A stretch of 64,000 bases of DNA, taken from contig CAYGRZ010000001.1 in NCBI GenBank assembly GCA_964352425.1, forward strand, positions 64,672 to 128,671, read 5' to 3'. The position numbers were made by a program, and so were the translations under genes. The first letter of the stretch is position 1, and the number at the start of each line of letters is the position of its first letter. Shown here piece by piece: positions 45,897 through 56,809 of the stretch. This DNA comes from an uncultured Planctomycetia bacterium (lineage in GTDB: Bacteria > Omnitrophota > Gorgyraeia > 2-01-FULL-45-10). A model generated the notes under the pieces. It was not told where the DNA came from. It saw only the letters and a program-made list of their open reading frames with translations, and ran no database searches.

Positions 45897-46163
45897 ATGA
45901 TGACGATCCTGATGGAACATGATGAGAACAAGATCCGGGAGATGCTCAATCAGCTCCTGACTGAAGAGCATTCGGAAGCAAAACGCGGCATCCTGTACAG
46001 GACGATCGTCAACGCGATCGAACGACCGCTCTTCGAGCATGTGCTGGAGCGAACAGATGGCAACCAGCTCAAGGCGGCCAGGATACTGGGGATCAACCGG
46101 AATACCATGCGTGCCAAGATAAGGAAGCTCGGCATAGACGTGCATAGATGGAAGGTGCATTAA
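45897..46163 (+). CDS. Fis-like HTH protein
   Basis: IERPLFEHVLERTDGNQLKAARILGINRNTMRAKI. Confidence 0.85.
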   Translation: MMTILMEHDENKIREMLNQLLTEEHSEAKRGILYRTIVNAIERPLFEHVLERTDGNQLKAARILGINRNTMRAKIRKLGIDVHRWKVH

Positions 46164-46164
46164 G

Positions 46165-49100
46165 ATGAAGGACCAGCGAAGACCGGACAGGCAGGGCTTA
46201 TACGACCCGTCGTTCGAGCACGATGCGTGCGGGGTCGGATTCGTCTGCAATATCGCCGGTGCCGCATCGAATGAGATTGTCCGGCAGGGGATCGATGTCC
46301 TGAAGCGCCTGTCCCATCGCGGCGCCACGGGCGCCGACCCGAAGACGGGTGACGGCGCCGGCATCCTCATCCAGATGCCTCACGAGTTTCTCGCGCATGC
46401 CTGCTCCGCCATAGGCATACAGCTCCCGCCAAAGGGCGGCTACGGCACGGGGCTCATATTCCTGCCCGCGCAGGACGACGAGCGCACATTCTACAAACAG
46501 ACCATCGAGAAGGCGGCCGCCGAAGAGGGGCAGAAGGTCCTGGGATGGCGTACCGTGCCTGTAGACGATTCAGACATCGGCACCACTGCCAAAGAGACGA
46601 AACCTGCCATCGAGCAGATCTTCATAGCCAGGAGCGCCGACATCGCCGACACATTAGCGTTCGAGCGCGCGCTCTATATCATCCGTAAGAAGGCGGAGAA
46701 TGCCGTTTGCGAATCGGCGATCGCTCATAAATCGTTCTTCTACATCACCAATCTTTCGGCGAGGACGATCTCCTATAAAGGCCTCCTGATGCCGGGCCAG
46801 GTCGACGGCTTCTTCCTTGACCTCAAGGACCCGCTTGTGAAGAGCGCCATTTGCCTTGTGCATTCGCGCTACAGCACGAACACGTTTCCTACATGGGACC
46901 TCGCGCAGCCTTTCCGTTTCATAGCTCACAACGGCGAGATCAATACCCTGCGCGGCAACATCAACTGGATGAAGGCGCGCGAGAGCCTTCTGGAAAGCGA
47001 GCTCTTTGGTAAGAACCTGAAGAATATCAAGCCGGTCATCGTTCCGGGCGGCAGCGATTCGGCGACCATAGATAATGTCTTTGAGCTGTTGGCATTGTCC
47101 GGCAGAAGCCTGTCGCACGTAATGATGATGCTGATCCCGAGCGCGTGGGAACGCAATCTCTCTATAGACGCCAAGCAGCGCGACTTCTACAAATATCACG
47201 CCTGCGTCATGGAACCGTGGGACGGCCCGGCAGCCATTGTATTTACCGATGGCACGAGGGTAGGCGCGGTCCTCGACCGGAACGGTTTGAGACCGGCGCG
47301 CTATATTATTACGAAGAACGGCGTCGCGGTGATGGCGTCAGAGGCAGGCGTGATAGACATACCTCCGCAGGATATAGCACACTCGGGCAGGCTTGAACCA
47401 GGCAGGATATTCTTTATCAACACGGATGACAGTCGCATCATACATGACGACGAGCTGAAATCAATAATGGCGAAGAAACAGCCCTATGGCCAGTGGCTGA
47501 AAGAAGCCTTAGTCGAGCTCGAGGACGTTGCCGCGCACAAAGGCACAGGCCGCAGCAAAGCCGGTGACGATGTCTTCACGCTCATGCAGGCATTCGGCTA
47601 TACCAGAGACGACATGAAATACATCCTTAAACCCATGGCTCAGGACGGTAAAGAGCCTATCGGGTCGATGGGGAATGACACGCCGCATGCGCTTCTTTCG
47701 ATGAGGCCTCAGCTTTTGTACGCCTATTTCAAACAACTCTTCGCGCAGGTCACCAATCCGCCAATCGACCCCATACGGGAAGAATGTGTCATGAGCCTCG
47801 ACAGCTACATCGGGCCGCAGAAGAATCTACTCTCAGAGAGCCCGAAGCACTGCCATAAGCTGCATGTCAAAACGCCTGTCCTGACAAATGAAGAGCTGGA
47901 AAAGATACGCCATATTAAGGAGAACAGTTTCAGGACGAAGACGATATCGACTCTCTTTGCGCCGGACAATGAAAAGAACCTCTCCACCGCGCTCGACCGC
48001 GTGTGTGCCGAGGCGGAGGCGGCGATCGCTCATGGGTACAGCTTCATAATCCTGAGCGACAGGAACGTCGGCAGCGACGCCGCGGCTTTACCCGCCCTTG
48101 CCGTGATAGGCGCTGTCCATCACCACCTCGTGCGCAAGGCGCTCAGGACGCATATCGGGATCATCATAGAAAGCGGCGAGCCAAGGGAGGTACATCATTT
48201 CGCACTCCTCTTCGCATACGGCGCTGACTGCGTGAACCCGTATCTGGCGTATGACGCAGTATCATATCTTATTGAAACGAAAGAGCTTGATCTGGACAGG
48301 AAGAAAGCGCTCAATAATTACCGCCATGCCGTAGAGCACGGTATCCTGAAGATCATTTCGAAGATGGGCATCTCGACGCTCCAAAGCTACCGGGGCGCCC
48401 AGATATTTGAAGCGCTCGGTCTGCATGATGAAGTCATAGAGAAATGCTTTGAAGGGACCGTATCGAGGATAGGCGGCGCGCGGCTCGAGACGATCGCGAA
48501 AGAGACGATAGCCCGACACCGCGTGGCATATCCGGACGTGCCCTATAGGGCACCGATACTTGAAACCGGCGGCCTCTACCAGTACAAGATGGATGGCGAG
48601 TTCCACATGTGGAATCCGGACACGATCGCGAGCCTCCAGGACGCGACGCGGGAGAATGATTACAATAAATACAGGCAGTTCGCCAAACTTGTCAACGACC
48701 AGTCAAACTACCCGACGACGCTGCGCGGTCTTTTACAGTTCAAACAGGGCACGCCCGTTCCCATAGAAGAGGTCGAGCCCGTAGAATCAATATTCAAGCG
48801 GTTCGCGACAGGCGCCATGAGTTTCGGTTCCATTTCGAAGGGCGCACATGAGACGCTGGCGATCGCCATGAACAGGATAGGCGGCCGCTCGAATACAGGC
48901 GAAGGAGGGGAGGACCCTGCAAGGTTCTCGCCTCTGGCAAACGGAGATTCTACACGGAGTGCCATCAAGCAGGTCGCCTCAGGCAGGTTCGGCGTCACGA
49001 CGAATTACCTGGTCAATGCCGACGAACTGCAGATCAAGATAGCGCAGGGCGCGAAACCCGGTGAAGGCGGGCAGCTGCCCGGCCATAAAGTGAGCGCGAT

Positions 49101-50700
49101 AATAGCGCGTACACGCTATACTACGCCGGGCGTGACTTTAATATCGCCTCCACCACACCATGACATCTATTCGATCGAAGACCTGGCGCAGCTCATCTTT
49201 GACCTGAAGAACGTCAATCCCAGGGCGCGCATAAGCGTGAAGCTCGTATCGGAGGCCGGTGTCGGCACCGTCGCTGCCGGCGTCGCAAAAAGCCGCGCCG
49301 ACATGATACTGATCTCGGGCGGCGACGGCGGGACCGGGGCATCGCCCTTAAGCTCGATCAAACATGCAGGCCTCCCGTGGGAACTCGGCCTTTCCGAGAC
49401 ACACCAGACGCTGGTCCTCAATGACTTGAGAAGCCGCGTGCGGCTGCAGACGGACGGACAGATGAGGACGGGCAGGGACGTTGCCATCGCCGCACTCCTA
49501 GGCGCCGAGGAATACGGGTTCTGTACTGCCGCGCTCATCGTCCTCGGCTGCGTCATGCTGCGCCACTGCAACCTGAACAACTGCTCCGTCGGCGTCGCGA
49601 CACAGGACGATATCCTGCAGAAGCGGTTCCGCGGCAGGCCCGAATATATAATCAATTACCTGACCTTCGTTGCCCAGGAACTGCGCGAGATCATGGCCTC
49701 TCTTGGTTTCAGGACGGTCGACGAGATGATCGGCAGGACGGACCTCCTGGAAGTGAATACCGGGATACTGCCGTGGAAGGCGCAGGCAATTGATTTTTCA
49801 AAGATATTGCATAAACCCGATGTCAGGCCAGGCGTCGCTACGCATTGCACTATCAAACAGGACCATGTTATAGAGCAGATACTCGACCGAAAACTTATTG
49901 AAATGGCAAAAGCCGCCATCGACGAAGGCTGTCCTGTCAGGGTAGAGCTCGATATAACCAACCGCGACAGGGCCACAGGCGCTCACCTAAGCGGCGAGAT
50001 CTGCGCTCGCCACGGCGAGGAGGGCCTCCCTGAGGATTCCGTTCATTGCTTGTTCAAAGGCATTGCAGGCCAGAGCTTCGGGGCGTGGTTGACGAGGGGT
50101 GTGACATTCGAGCTTGAGGGGATGGCCAATGACTACGTCGGCAAGGGCATATCCGGCGGCAGGATCATCATATATCCGGACAAGAAATGCGGTTATAAAC
50201 CGGAGGAGAACGTTATCATAGGCAATACCGCCTTCTATGGCGCTATCAACGGCGAGGCATATATACGGGGAGTTGCCGGCGAGCGGTTCTGCATACGCAA
50301 CTCCGGCCTCAACGCCGTTGTCGAGGGCGTCGGCGACCACGGCTGCGAATACATGACCGGCGGAAGGATCGTGGTGCTTGGCCGCACGGGCAGGAACTTC
50401 GGGGCGGGCATGTCCGGCGGCATCGCGTACGTCTACGATGCAGACGGCACATTCAAGGATAAGTGCAATATGGAGATGGTGGAACTCGAACGGGCTTCCG
50501 TCGATGACGAGATCACGGTCAGGGAACTGGTGACCAACCACTATAAGGCAACGGGAAGCACCGTAGCGAAGAAGGTGCTTGGTGATTTCACGAACAGTAT
50601 GAAGCACATGGTCAAGGTGATGCCTATTGAATACAAGCGCGTGCTGGGCTCAAAAGAGATAGAGGCCTCGATGGACCTCTCAGAGGTGTACGATGGGTGA
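46165..50700 (+). CDS. gltB: Glutamate synthase large subunit
   Basis: HDACGVGF, HSRYSTNT, QGAKPGEGGQLPG and GDHGCEYMTGG motifs. Confidence 0.98.
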   Translation: MKDQRRPDRQGLYDPSFEHDACGVGFVCNIAGAASNEIVRQGIDVLKRLSHRGATGADPKTGDGAGILIQMPHEFLAHACSAIGIQLPPKGGYGTGLIFLPAQDDERTFYKQTIEKAAAEEGQKVLGWRTVPVDDSDIGTTAKETKPAIEQIFIARSADIADTLAFERALYIIRKKAENAVCESAIAHKSFFYITNLSARTISYKGLLMPGQVDGFFLDLKDPLVKSAICLVHSRYSTNTFPTWDLAQPFRFIAHNGEINTLRGNINWMKARESLLESELFGKNLKNIKPVIVPGGSDSATIDNVFELLALSGRSLSHVMMMLIPSAWERNLSIDAKQRDFYKYHACVMEPWDGPAAIVFTDGTRVGAVLDRNGLRPARYIITKNGVAVMASEAGVIDIPPQDIAHSGRLEPGRIFFINTDDSRIIHDDELKSIMAKKQPYGQWLKEALVELEDVAAHKGTGRSKAGDDVFTLMQAFGYTRDDMKYILKPMAQDGKEPIGSMGNDTPHALLSMRPQLLYAYFKQLFAQVTNPPIDPIREECVMSLDSYIGPQKNLLSESPKHCHKLHVKTPVLTNEELEKIRHIKENSFRTKTISTLFAPDNEKNLSTALDRVCAEAEAAIAHGYSFIILSDRNVGSDAAALPALAVIGAVHHHLVRKALRTHIGIIIESGEPREVHHFALLFAYGADCVNPYLAYDAVSYLIETKELDLDRKKALNNYRHAVEHGILKIISKMGISTLQSYRGAQIFEALGLHDEVIEKCFEGTVSRIGGARLETIAKETIARHRVAYPDVPYRAPILETGGLYQYKMDGEFHMWNPDTIASLQDATRENDYNKYRQFAKLVNDQSNYPTTLRGLLQFKQGTPVPIEEVEPVESIFKRFATGAMSFGSISKGAHETLAIAMNRIGGRSNTGEGGEDPARFSPLANGDSTRSAIKQVASGRFGVTTNYLVNADELQIKIAQGAKPGEGGQLPGHKVSAIIARTRYTTPGVTLISPPPHHDIYSIEDLAQLIFDLKNVNPRARISVKLVSEAGVGTVAAGVAKSRADMILISGGDGGTGASPLSSIKHAGLPWELGLSETHQTLVLNDLRSRVRLQTDGQMRTGRDVAIAALLGAEEYGFCTAALIVLGCVMLRHCNLNNCSVGVATQDDILQKRFRGRPEYIINYLTFVAQELREIMASLGFRTVDEMIGRTDLLEVNTGILPWKAQAIDFSKILHKPDVRPGVATHCTIKQDHVIEQILDRKLIEMAKAAIDEGCPVRVELDITNRDRATGAHLSGEICARHGEEGLPEDSVHCLFKGIAGQSFGAWLTRGVTFELEGMANDYVGKGISGGRIIIYPDKKCGYKPEENVIIGNTAFYGAINGEAYIRGVAGERFCIRNSGLNAVVEGVGDHGCEYMTGGRIVVLGRTGRNFGAGMSGGIAYVYDADGTFKDKCNMEMVELERASVDDEITVRELVTNHYKATGSTVAKKVLGDFTNSMKHMVKVMPIEYKRVLGSKEIEASMDLSEVYDG

Positions 50701-52138
50701 CGCGAAGGGTTTCCTGAAATTCGGAAGGGCATATCCGGGATACAGGCCGGCATGGGAGCGCCTGTCAGATTACGATGAGGTAGCCTTGCCGCGGCCGGAG
50801 ACCTTCTCCAAAGAGCAGGCCTCGCGGTGCATGGACTGCGGCACGCCGTTCTGCCACTGGGCATGCCCGATCGGCAATTACATACCCGAGTGGAACGACC
50901 ACATGTTCCGCGGACGATGGGATAAGGCGCTCGAGTTGCTCCATGCGACCAATAACTTCCCTGAGATCACCGGGAGATTATGCCCGGCGCTGTGCGAATA
51001 CGCCTGCGTTCTCGGTATCAATGATGAGGGTGTCACGATCCGGGAGAACGAGCTTGCCATTATCGAGCACGCCTTCAAGGCCGGCATGATCAAAGCACAC
51101 AGGCCGAAGAAACGGACCGGTAAAAAAGTTGCGGTTGTTGGCTCAGGGCCAGCAGGCCTTGCGGCGGCCGACCAGCTTAATAGGGCCGGCCATACCGTTA
51201 CGGTCTTCGAAAGAGACGATAAGCCTGGTGGCATACTACGCTACGGGATACCGGACTTCAAGCTGGATAAGTCGCTCCTCGACAGGCGTATTACCCTGTT
51301 GAAGAAAGAGGGCATTGAATTCATAACCGGCACATGCGTCGGCAAAGATATTATGCCGGCAAAGCTGGTAAAAGAGTATGACGCGGTCTGCTTTGCGGCA
51401 GGAAGCCGCGTCCCGCGAGACCTTACAATACCGGGCAGGGAGCTTTGCGGCATACATTTTGCAATGGATTACCTCATACAATCCAACAAAGTCGTTGCCG
51501 GCTGCAAGATCCCCGCAGATAAGCGTATCAATGCCAAAGGCAAGCACGTCGTTGTGATCGGTGGCGGCGATACCGGCGCCGACTGCGTCGGCACTGCGCA
51601 CCGGCAAGGCGCGTTATCCGTAGTCCAGATAGAGGTTTTGCCTAAGCCGCCTGAGTGCCGCACGAACGATTACTCGTGGCCTAAATATCCGCTCCTCCTA
51701 AAAACAACGACGAGCCATGAAGAGGGCGGTGAGCGCCACTGGTCGATATTAACGAAGGCGTTCACGGGCGAAGACGGCCGCGTGAACAGGATATCATGCG
51801 CCAGGATCGATTTTTCTCAAAAGGACGCTAAAAGCTGTCCGACCATGATAGAAGTGCCGAACAGCCAATTCACGATCAAGACCGACCTCGTCATCCTGGC
51901 CATCGGGTTCGTCCATCCTGAACATGACGGTCCCGTTAAAGACCTGGGGCTCGTCCTCGACAAGCGAGGAAATGTTCAAACGGGGGACGATTATCAAACC
52001 TCAGTAAAAGGGGTCTTTTCGGCCGGCGATATGAGGAGGGGTCAGTCGCTCGTAGTGTGGGCCATATCGGAAGGCAGGCGCGCCGCGCACGCGATTGATA
52101 AATATCTGATGGGCACCACCAACCTGCCTGCGATCTGA
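50693..52138 (+). CDS. gltD: Glutamate synthase small subunit
   Basis: RCMDCGTPFC, GSGPAGL, GGGDTG and RRGQSLVVWAI motifs. Confidence 0.97.
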   Translation: MGDAKGFLKFGRAYPGYRPAWERLSDYDEVALPRPETFSKEQASRCMDCGTPFCHWACPIGNYIPEWNDHMFRGRWDKALELLHATNNFPEITGRLCPALCEYACVLGINDEGVTIRENELAIIEHAFKAGMIKAHRPKKRTGKKVAVVGSGPAGLAAADQLNRAGHTVTVFERDDKPGGILRYGIPDFKLDKSLLDRRITLLKKEGIEFITGTCVGKDIMPAKLVKEYDAVCFAAGSRVPRDLTIPGRELCGIHFAMDYLIQSNKVVAGCKIPADKRINAKGKHVVVIGGGDTGADCVGTAHRQGALSVVQIEVLPKPPECRTNDYSWPKYPLLLKTTTSHEEGGERHWSILTKAFTGEDGRVNRISCARIDFSQKDAKSCPTMIEVPNSQFTIKTDLVILAIGFVHPEHDGPVKDLGLVLDKRGNVQTGDDYQTSVKGVFSAGDMRRGQSLVVWAISEGRRAAHAIDKYLMGTTNLPAI

Positions 52139-52145
52139 TAAGGCA

Positions 52146-52174
52146 TTGACAGCCGCACCCTGTGCTGATAAACT
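52146..52174 (+). promoter_or_regulatory. Sigma70-type promoter of the kdp operon
   Basis: TTGACA-17-TAAACT with extended TG. Confidence 0.65.
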
Positions 52175-52194
52175 ACCCGATAATAGGCTTAAAT

Positions 52195-52275
52195 ATGGAT
52201 ATGTTGTTCATAGGGATCATAGTCATTCTTTCTGCAGTCTCATTCCTCCTCATCGTGCTATGCGACAGCCTGTAA
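52195..52275 (+). CDS. 26-aa hydrophobic peptide upstream of kdpF (not in ORF track)
   Basis: Manual translation MDMLFIGIIVILSAVSFLLIVLCDSL. Confidence 0.6.
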   Translation: MDMLFIGIIVILSAVSFLLIVLCDSL

Positions 52276-52288
52276 GGAGCGGAGATCT

Positions 52289-52381
52289 ATGGTAATTATT
52301 TATTGGATCGCCGGTTCTATTGCGCTTCTGTTATTTGCCTATCTCTTACTAGCGCTCCTCAAGCCGGAGATCTTTTCGTGA
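52289..52381 (+). CDS. kdpF: K+-transporting ATPase subunit F (not in ORF track)
   Basis: Manual translation MVIIYWIAGSIALLLFAYLLLALLKPEIFS (YLxxALLxPExF); GTGA overlap with kdpA. Confidence 0.88.
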   Translation: MVIIYWIAGSIALLLFAYLLLALLKPEIFS

Positions 52382-54123
52382 TCTGGCATAATCTCATCCA
52401 AAGCTCCGTTTTTATCGGCGTGCTGCTTCTGGCGGTCAAGCCGCTTGGTCTCTATATGGCGCGAATATATGAGGGGAAGAGCACCGGCCTTACTGTATGG
52501 TTCGCGCCCCTAGAAAGCTCCATCTACCGCCTTTCGGGGGTTGATCCCGAAAAAGGCATGTCGTGGAAGCAATACGCTGTGGCACTGATGTTATTCAACA
52601 TCATCGGCATAGCAGCCGTCTACGCCATCCAACGTCTCCAGCCACATCTCCCTTTAAACCCTATGTCCATGCCGCCGGTGGCCCCTGATCTGGCATTTAA
52701 TACGGCGGTGAGTTTCGCGACAAATACGAACTGGCAGAGTTACGGCGGCGAAACTACATTGAGTTATTTTACGCAAATGGTTGCCCTGACAGTCCAGAAC
52801 TTCGTTTCCGCCGCGACCGGCATGGCTGTCCTTGTGGCGTTGACAAGAGGTTTTATACAAAAACAGGCCCAGACGATAGGAAATTTCTGGGTAGATCTGG
52901 TCAGGTCAACGCTATACATCCTTTTACCGCTATCACTGGCCTTATCCATCGCGCTGGTCTCGCAGGGCACAGTACAGACTTTCAGGCCATATGAGAAAGT
53001 TACGCTTATCCAGCCTGTAACAGACAGCGATGGGAAAATTGTCCGGGAACAGGTCATTGCCCTTGGTCCGGCTGCGTCGCAAATCGCTGTCAAGCAACTC
53101 GGAACGAATGGCGGCGGATTTTTCAATGTGAACTCTTCGCATCCATTCGAGAATCCGACACCCTTGTCTAATTTCCTTGAAGTCATCGCGATACTCCTGA
53201 TCCCGGCCGCATTGTGCTACACATTCGGATGCATGGTCAGGGACAGGCGTCAGGGGTGGGCACTTCTTACGGCAATGCTTATCATCTTTATTCCGTGTAT
53301 GTGGGCTTGCATGCACTTTGAACAAGCAGGCAATCCATTATTGAACAACCTATCTATCGATCAAAGAGCGACCCCCTTACAGGCCGGCGGCAACATGGAA
53401 GGAAAGGAAACCCGTTTCAGCATTGCAAGCTCCGCCATCTGGGCCACCGCCACAACAGCGGCTTCCAATGGCTCGGTGAACTCGATGCATGATTCGTACA
53501 CGCCCCTGGGGGGCATGGTCCCGATGTGGCTTATGCAGGTGGGGGAAGTGGTCTTTGGCGGAGCGGGATCGGGCCTTTACGGAATGATCGCCTTTGCGAT
53601 CCTCGCTGTTTTTATAGCCGGCCTCATGATAGGAAGGACCCCCGAGTATCTGGGAAAAAAGATCGAATCCTACGAAATGAAGATGGTGTCACTTGTGATC
53701 CTGATCCCGCCGATCATAGTTCTTCTTGGCACGGCTATATCGATCCTTGTGCCGCAGGGAAGATCGGCGATATCCAACCCCGGTCCCCATGGCTTAAGCG
53801 AGGTCCTGTATGCATTTTCGTCCGCAGGCAACAACAACGGCAGTGCCTTCGCGGGTCTTTCAACTAACAATCTTTTTTATAACATAGCTCTGGGATCGGC
53901 GATGTTTCTAGCGCGGTACTGGCTTATAATCCCGATGCTTGCTGTTGCCGGCTCGCTTTCCGGGAAGAAGAATGTCCCGGCCAGCCAGGGAACCCTGCCT
54001 ACGCATACGCCGCTTTTTATTGTGATCCTGGCCATGGTCGTATTGGTTGTCGGGGCCCTTACATTCTTTCCGGCCCTCGCATTAGGCCCAATTGCTGAGC
54101 ACGTAATGTCAGGCGGTCATTAA
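52378..54123 (+). CDS. kdpA: K+-transporting ATPase subunit A
   Basis: SFATNTNWQSY, LGTNGGGFF, GRTPEYLGKK and NNNGSAF motifs. Confidence 0.97.
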   Translation: MIWHNLIQSSVFIGVLLLAVKPLGLYMARIYEGKSTGLTVWFAPLESSIYRLSGVDPEKGMSWKQYAVALMLFNIIGIAAVYAIQRLQPHLPLNPMSMPPVAPDLAFNTAVSFATNTNWQSYGGETTLSYFTQMVALTVQNFVSAATGMAVLVALTRGFIQKQAQTIGNFWVDLVRSTLYILLPLSLALSIALVSQGTVQTFRPYEKVTLIQPVTDSDGKIVREQVIALGPAASQIAVKQLGTNGGGFFNVNSSHPFENPTPLSNFLEVIAILLIPAALCYTFGCMVRDRRQGWALLTAMLIIFIPCMWACMHFEQAGNPLLNNLSIDQRATPLQAGGNMEGKETRFSIASSAIWATATTAASNGSVNSMHDSYTPLGGMVPMWLMQVGEVVFGGAGSGLYGMIAFAILAVFIAGLMIGRTPEYLGKKIESYEMKMVSLVILIPPIIVLLGTAISILVPQGRSAISNPGPHGLSEVLYAFSSAGNNNGSAFAGLSTNNLFYNIALGSAMFLARYWLIIPMLAVAGSLSGKKNVPASQGTLPTHTPLFIVILAMVVLVVGALTFFPALALGPIAEHVMSGGH

Positions 54124-56205
54124 ATGGCTAGAAGAAAATCATATAAGACCGTATCTTTATTCGAACCATCTATAGTGGTGCCCGCGATGGTCGAGTCTGT
54201 CAGAAAACTCGATCCCCGCCACCAGATCAAAAATCCAGTCATGTTCGTCGTGTTGGCCGGGAGCATCCTGACCAGCGGCCTCTATATCCATGCACTGATG
54301 GATCAGGCAGAGGTGCCAGCAGGCTTCATCCTGGCCATTTCTTTATGGTTGTGGTTTACGCTGATATTCGCGAATTTTGCCGAAGCGATGGCCGAAGGCC
54401 GCGGGAAGGCGCAGGCCGCGAGCCTGAGACGCGCCAGGAAAGACACGTTTGCCAAAAAGCTGCCAACGCCGAAGTACGGCGCTGATTTCGAAACAGTATC
54501 GGCTGCCACGCTTCGGAAAGGCGATATAGTCCTGGCGGAAGCCGGCGACGTTATCCCTATGGACGGTGAAGCCGTTGAAGGGATAGCGTCTGTGGACGAA
54601 AGCGCCGTTACCGGAGAAAGCGCGCCGGTCATACGCGAAAGCGGAGGGGATCGCAGCGCCGTTACCGGCGGCACGCGAGTCCTTTCCGACTGGCTTATCA
54701 TCCGTATCAGCTCAAATCAGGGAGAAACCTTCCTCGACCGCATGATCGCTATGGTAGAAGGCGCTAAACGGCAGAAGACCCCGAATGAAATTGCGCTCAG
54801 CATTTTACTCTCCGCCCTTACGATAATCTTTCTCCTGGCCACTGTAACGCTTCTTCCTCTTTCAATATACAGCGTCAGTACATCGGGCAGCGGCACTGTC
54901 GTTAGCGTAACGGTGCTTGTCGCGCTACTTGTATGCCTTATTCCGACCACGATAGGGGGGCTCCTTCCTGCCATCGGCATCGCCGGCATGGACAGGCTGA
55001 TCCAGGCGAATGTTATCGCAACATCAGGGCGCGCGGTTGAAGCTGCAGGCGATGTCGATGTGCTCCTGCTGGATAAGACGGGGACGGTAACGCTCGGTAA
55101 CAGGCAGGCCGTGGCATTCATACCCGCGCAGGGAGTCTCTGCAGAATCGCTTGCGGATGCCGCACAGCTGGCTTCTCTTTCGGATGAAACGCCGGAAGGG
55201 AGAAGCATAGTAGTGCTCGCGAAACAGAAATACGGGATCAGAGAACGGCATATACACGAACTGTCAGCAAAATTCATCCCGTTTTCAGCGCAGACACGCA
55301 TGAGCGGTGTTGAGCTCGGCGGAGGCAGGGAGATCAGGAAAGGCGCCGTTGATGCCATCGAAAAGTATGTAAAAGATCACGGTTGTGTGTTTCCTGAAGA
55401 GGTAAAAGGAAGCGTGGAAACGATCGCGAAAAGCGGCGGGACACCTCTCGTAGTTGCGGAAAATAAGCGTGTGCTCGGCGTTATCCACCTTAAAGATATC
55501 GTTAAGGGCGGAATTAAAGAGCGTTTCGCTGAGCTCCGGCGCATGGGCATCAGGACCGTAATGATAACAGGAGATAATCCTTTGACCGCCGCGGCTATCG
55601 CGGCCGAAGCCGGCATGGATAATTTCCTGGCCCAGGCAACACCGGAGAAGAAGCTCAAACTCATCCATGAAATGCAGGAAGGCGGAAGGCTTGTCGCGAT
55701 GACAGGGGACGGCACCAATGACGCGCCCGCGCTCGCCAAGGCGGACGTCGCCGTAGCGATGAATACGGGAACTCAGGCGGCTAAAGAGGCGGGCAACATG
55801 GTCGATCTCGACTCAAATCCTACCAAGCTCATCGAGATCGTCGGCATCGGAAAGCAGCTCCTGATCACGAGGGGCTCCCTGACGACCTTCAGCATCGCTA
55901 ATGATATATCGAAATATTTCGCTATCATACCGGCAGCTTTCGCCGGCACGTATCCGGCGCTCGCATCGCTCAATATAATGCATCTGGCGACGCCCCGCAG
56001 CGCTGTCTTATCGGCCGTAATATTCAACGCGGTCGTCATTATATTACTGATACCTCTCGCGATAAAAGGCGTTCCCTATAGAGCTTCGCCGGCAAGTCGG
56101 CTTTTACGCGACAATTTATTGATCTACGGGGCAGGGGGCTTCATCGCCCCTTTCCTGGGCATAAAACTCATTGATATGCTTCTTGCGGGGCTTCACCTTG
56201 TCTGA
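54124..56205 (+). CDS. kdpB: K+-transporting ATPase subunit B
   Basis: TGES, DKTGT, TGDN and GDGTNDAP motifs. Confidence 0.98.
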   Translation: MARRKSYKTVSLFEPSIVVPAMVESVRKLDPRHQIKNPVMFVVLAGSILTSGLYIHALMDQAEVPAGFILAISLWLWFTLIFANFAEAMAEGRGKAQAASLRRARKDTFAKKLPTPKYGADFETVSAATLRKGDIVLAEAGDVIPMDGEAVEGIASVDESAVTGESAPVIRESGGDRSAVTGGTRVLSDWLIIRISSNQGETFLDRMIAMVEGAKRQKTPNEIALSILLSALTIIFLLATVTLLPLSIYSVSTSGSGTVVSVTVLVALLVCLIPTTIGGLLPAIGIAGMDRLIQANVIATSGRAVEAAGDVDVLLLDKTGTVTLGNRQAVAFIPAQGVSAESLADAAQLASLSDETPEGRSIVVLAKQKYGIRERHIHELSAKFIPFSAQTRMSGVELGGGREIRKGAVDAIEKYVKDHGCVFPEEVKGSVETIAKSGGTPLVVAENKRVLGVIHLKDIVKGGIKERFAELRRMGIRTVMITGDNPLTAAAIAAEAGMDNFLAQATPEKKLKLIHEMQEGGRLVAMTGDGTNDAPALAKADVAVAMNTGTQAAKEAGNMVDLDSNPTKLIEIVGIGKQLLITRGSLTTFSIANDISKYFAIIPAAFAGTYPALASLNIMHLATPRSAVLSAVIFNAVVIILLIPLAIKGVPYRASPASRLLRDNLLIYGAGGFIAPFLGIKLIDMLLAGLHLV

Positions 56206-56222
56206 TAAAAAAGGATCATGAT

Positions 56223-56801
56223 ATGATCGGCCAGCAATTGAGGATTGCGATTTTAATATTCATCTTTCTTACGGTAATTACCGGGGTGCTGTACCCGATT
56301 CTTATTACCGGCATATCGCAGGCATTTATCCATCATCAGGCAAACGGAAGCTTGATCTACCGAAACGGTAAAGCGGTCGGTTCTTCACTTATAGGACAGC
56401 AATTCAACGATCCTGAATACCTGTGGGGAAGGCCTTCCGCCACGTCGCCGGCGCCCTATAACTCGGCATCATCAGCCGCATCAAATATAGGACCGTCAAA
56501 CCCCGCCTTTAAGGAGATCATAGAAACGCGTATCCGAATACTGAAATCGGCCGACCCCAGGAATACCAATCCGATCCCTGTGGATCTCATTACCTCATCG
56601 GCAAGCGGCCTCGATCCGCACATCAGCCCGGCAGCTGCCTATTACCAGATCCCCAGGATCGCCAGGACGAGGGGGATACCTGAAGACGCCGTGATGAAGA
56701 TCATACAAGTCAATTCGAGCAGGCGGCTGTTCGGCTGCATCGGCGAGAACGTTGTCAATGTAGTAAAGGTTAATTTAGATTTGGGCTCTTACAAAAAATA
56801 G
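56223..56801 (+). CDS. kdpC: K+-transporting ATPase subunit C
   Basis: QANGSL, GRPSA and SASGLDPHIS motifs. Confidence 0.96.
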   Translation: MIGQQLRIAILIFIFLTVITGVLYPILITGISQAFIHHQANGSLIYRNGKAVGSSLIGQQFNDPEYLWGRPSATSPAPYNSASSAASNIGPSNPAFKEIIETRIRILKSADPRNTNPIPVDLITSSASGLDPHISPAAAYYQIPRIARTRGIPEDAVMKIIQVNSSRRLFGCIGENVVNVVKVNLDLGSYKK

Positions 56802-56809
56802 AGTATATT

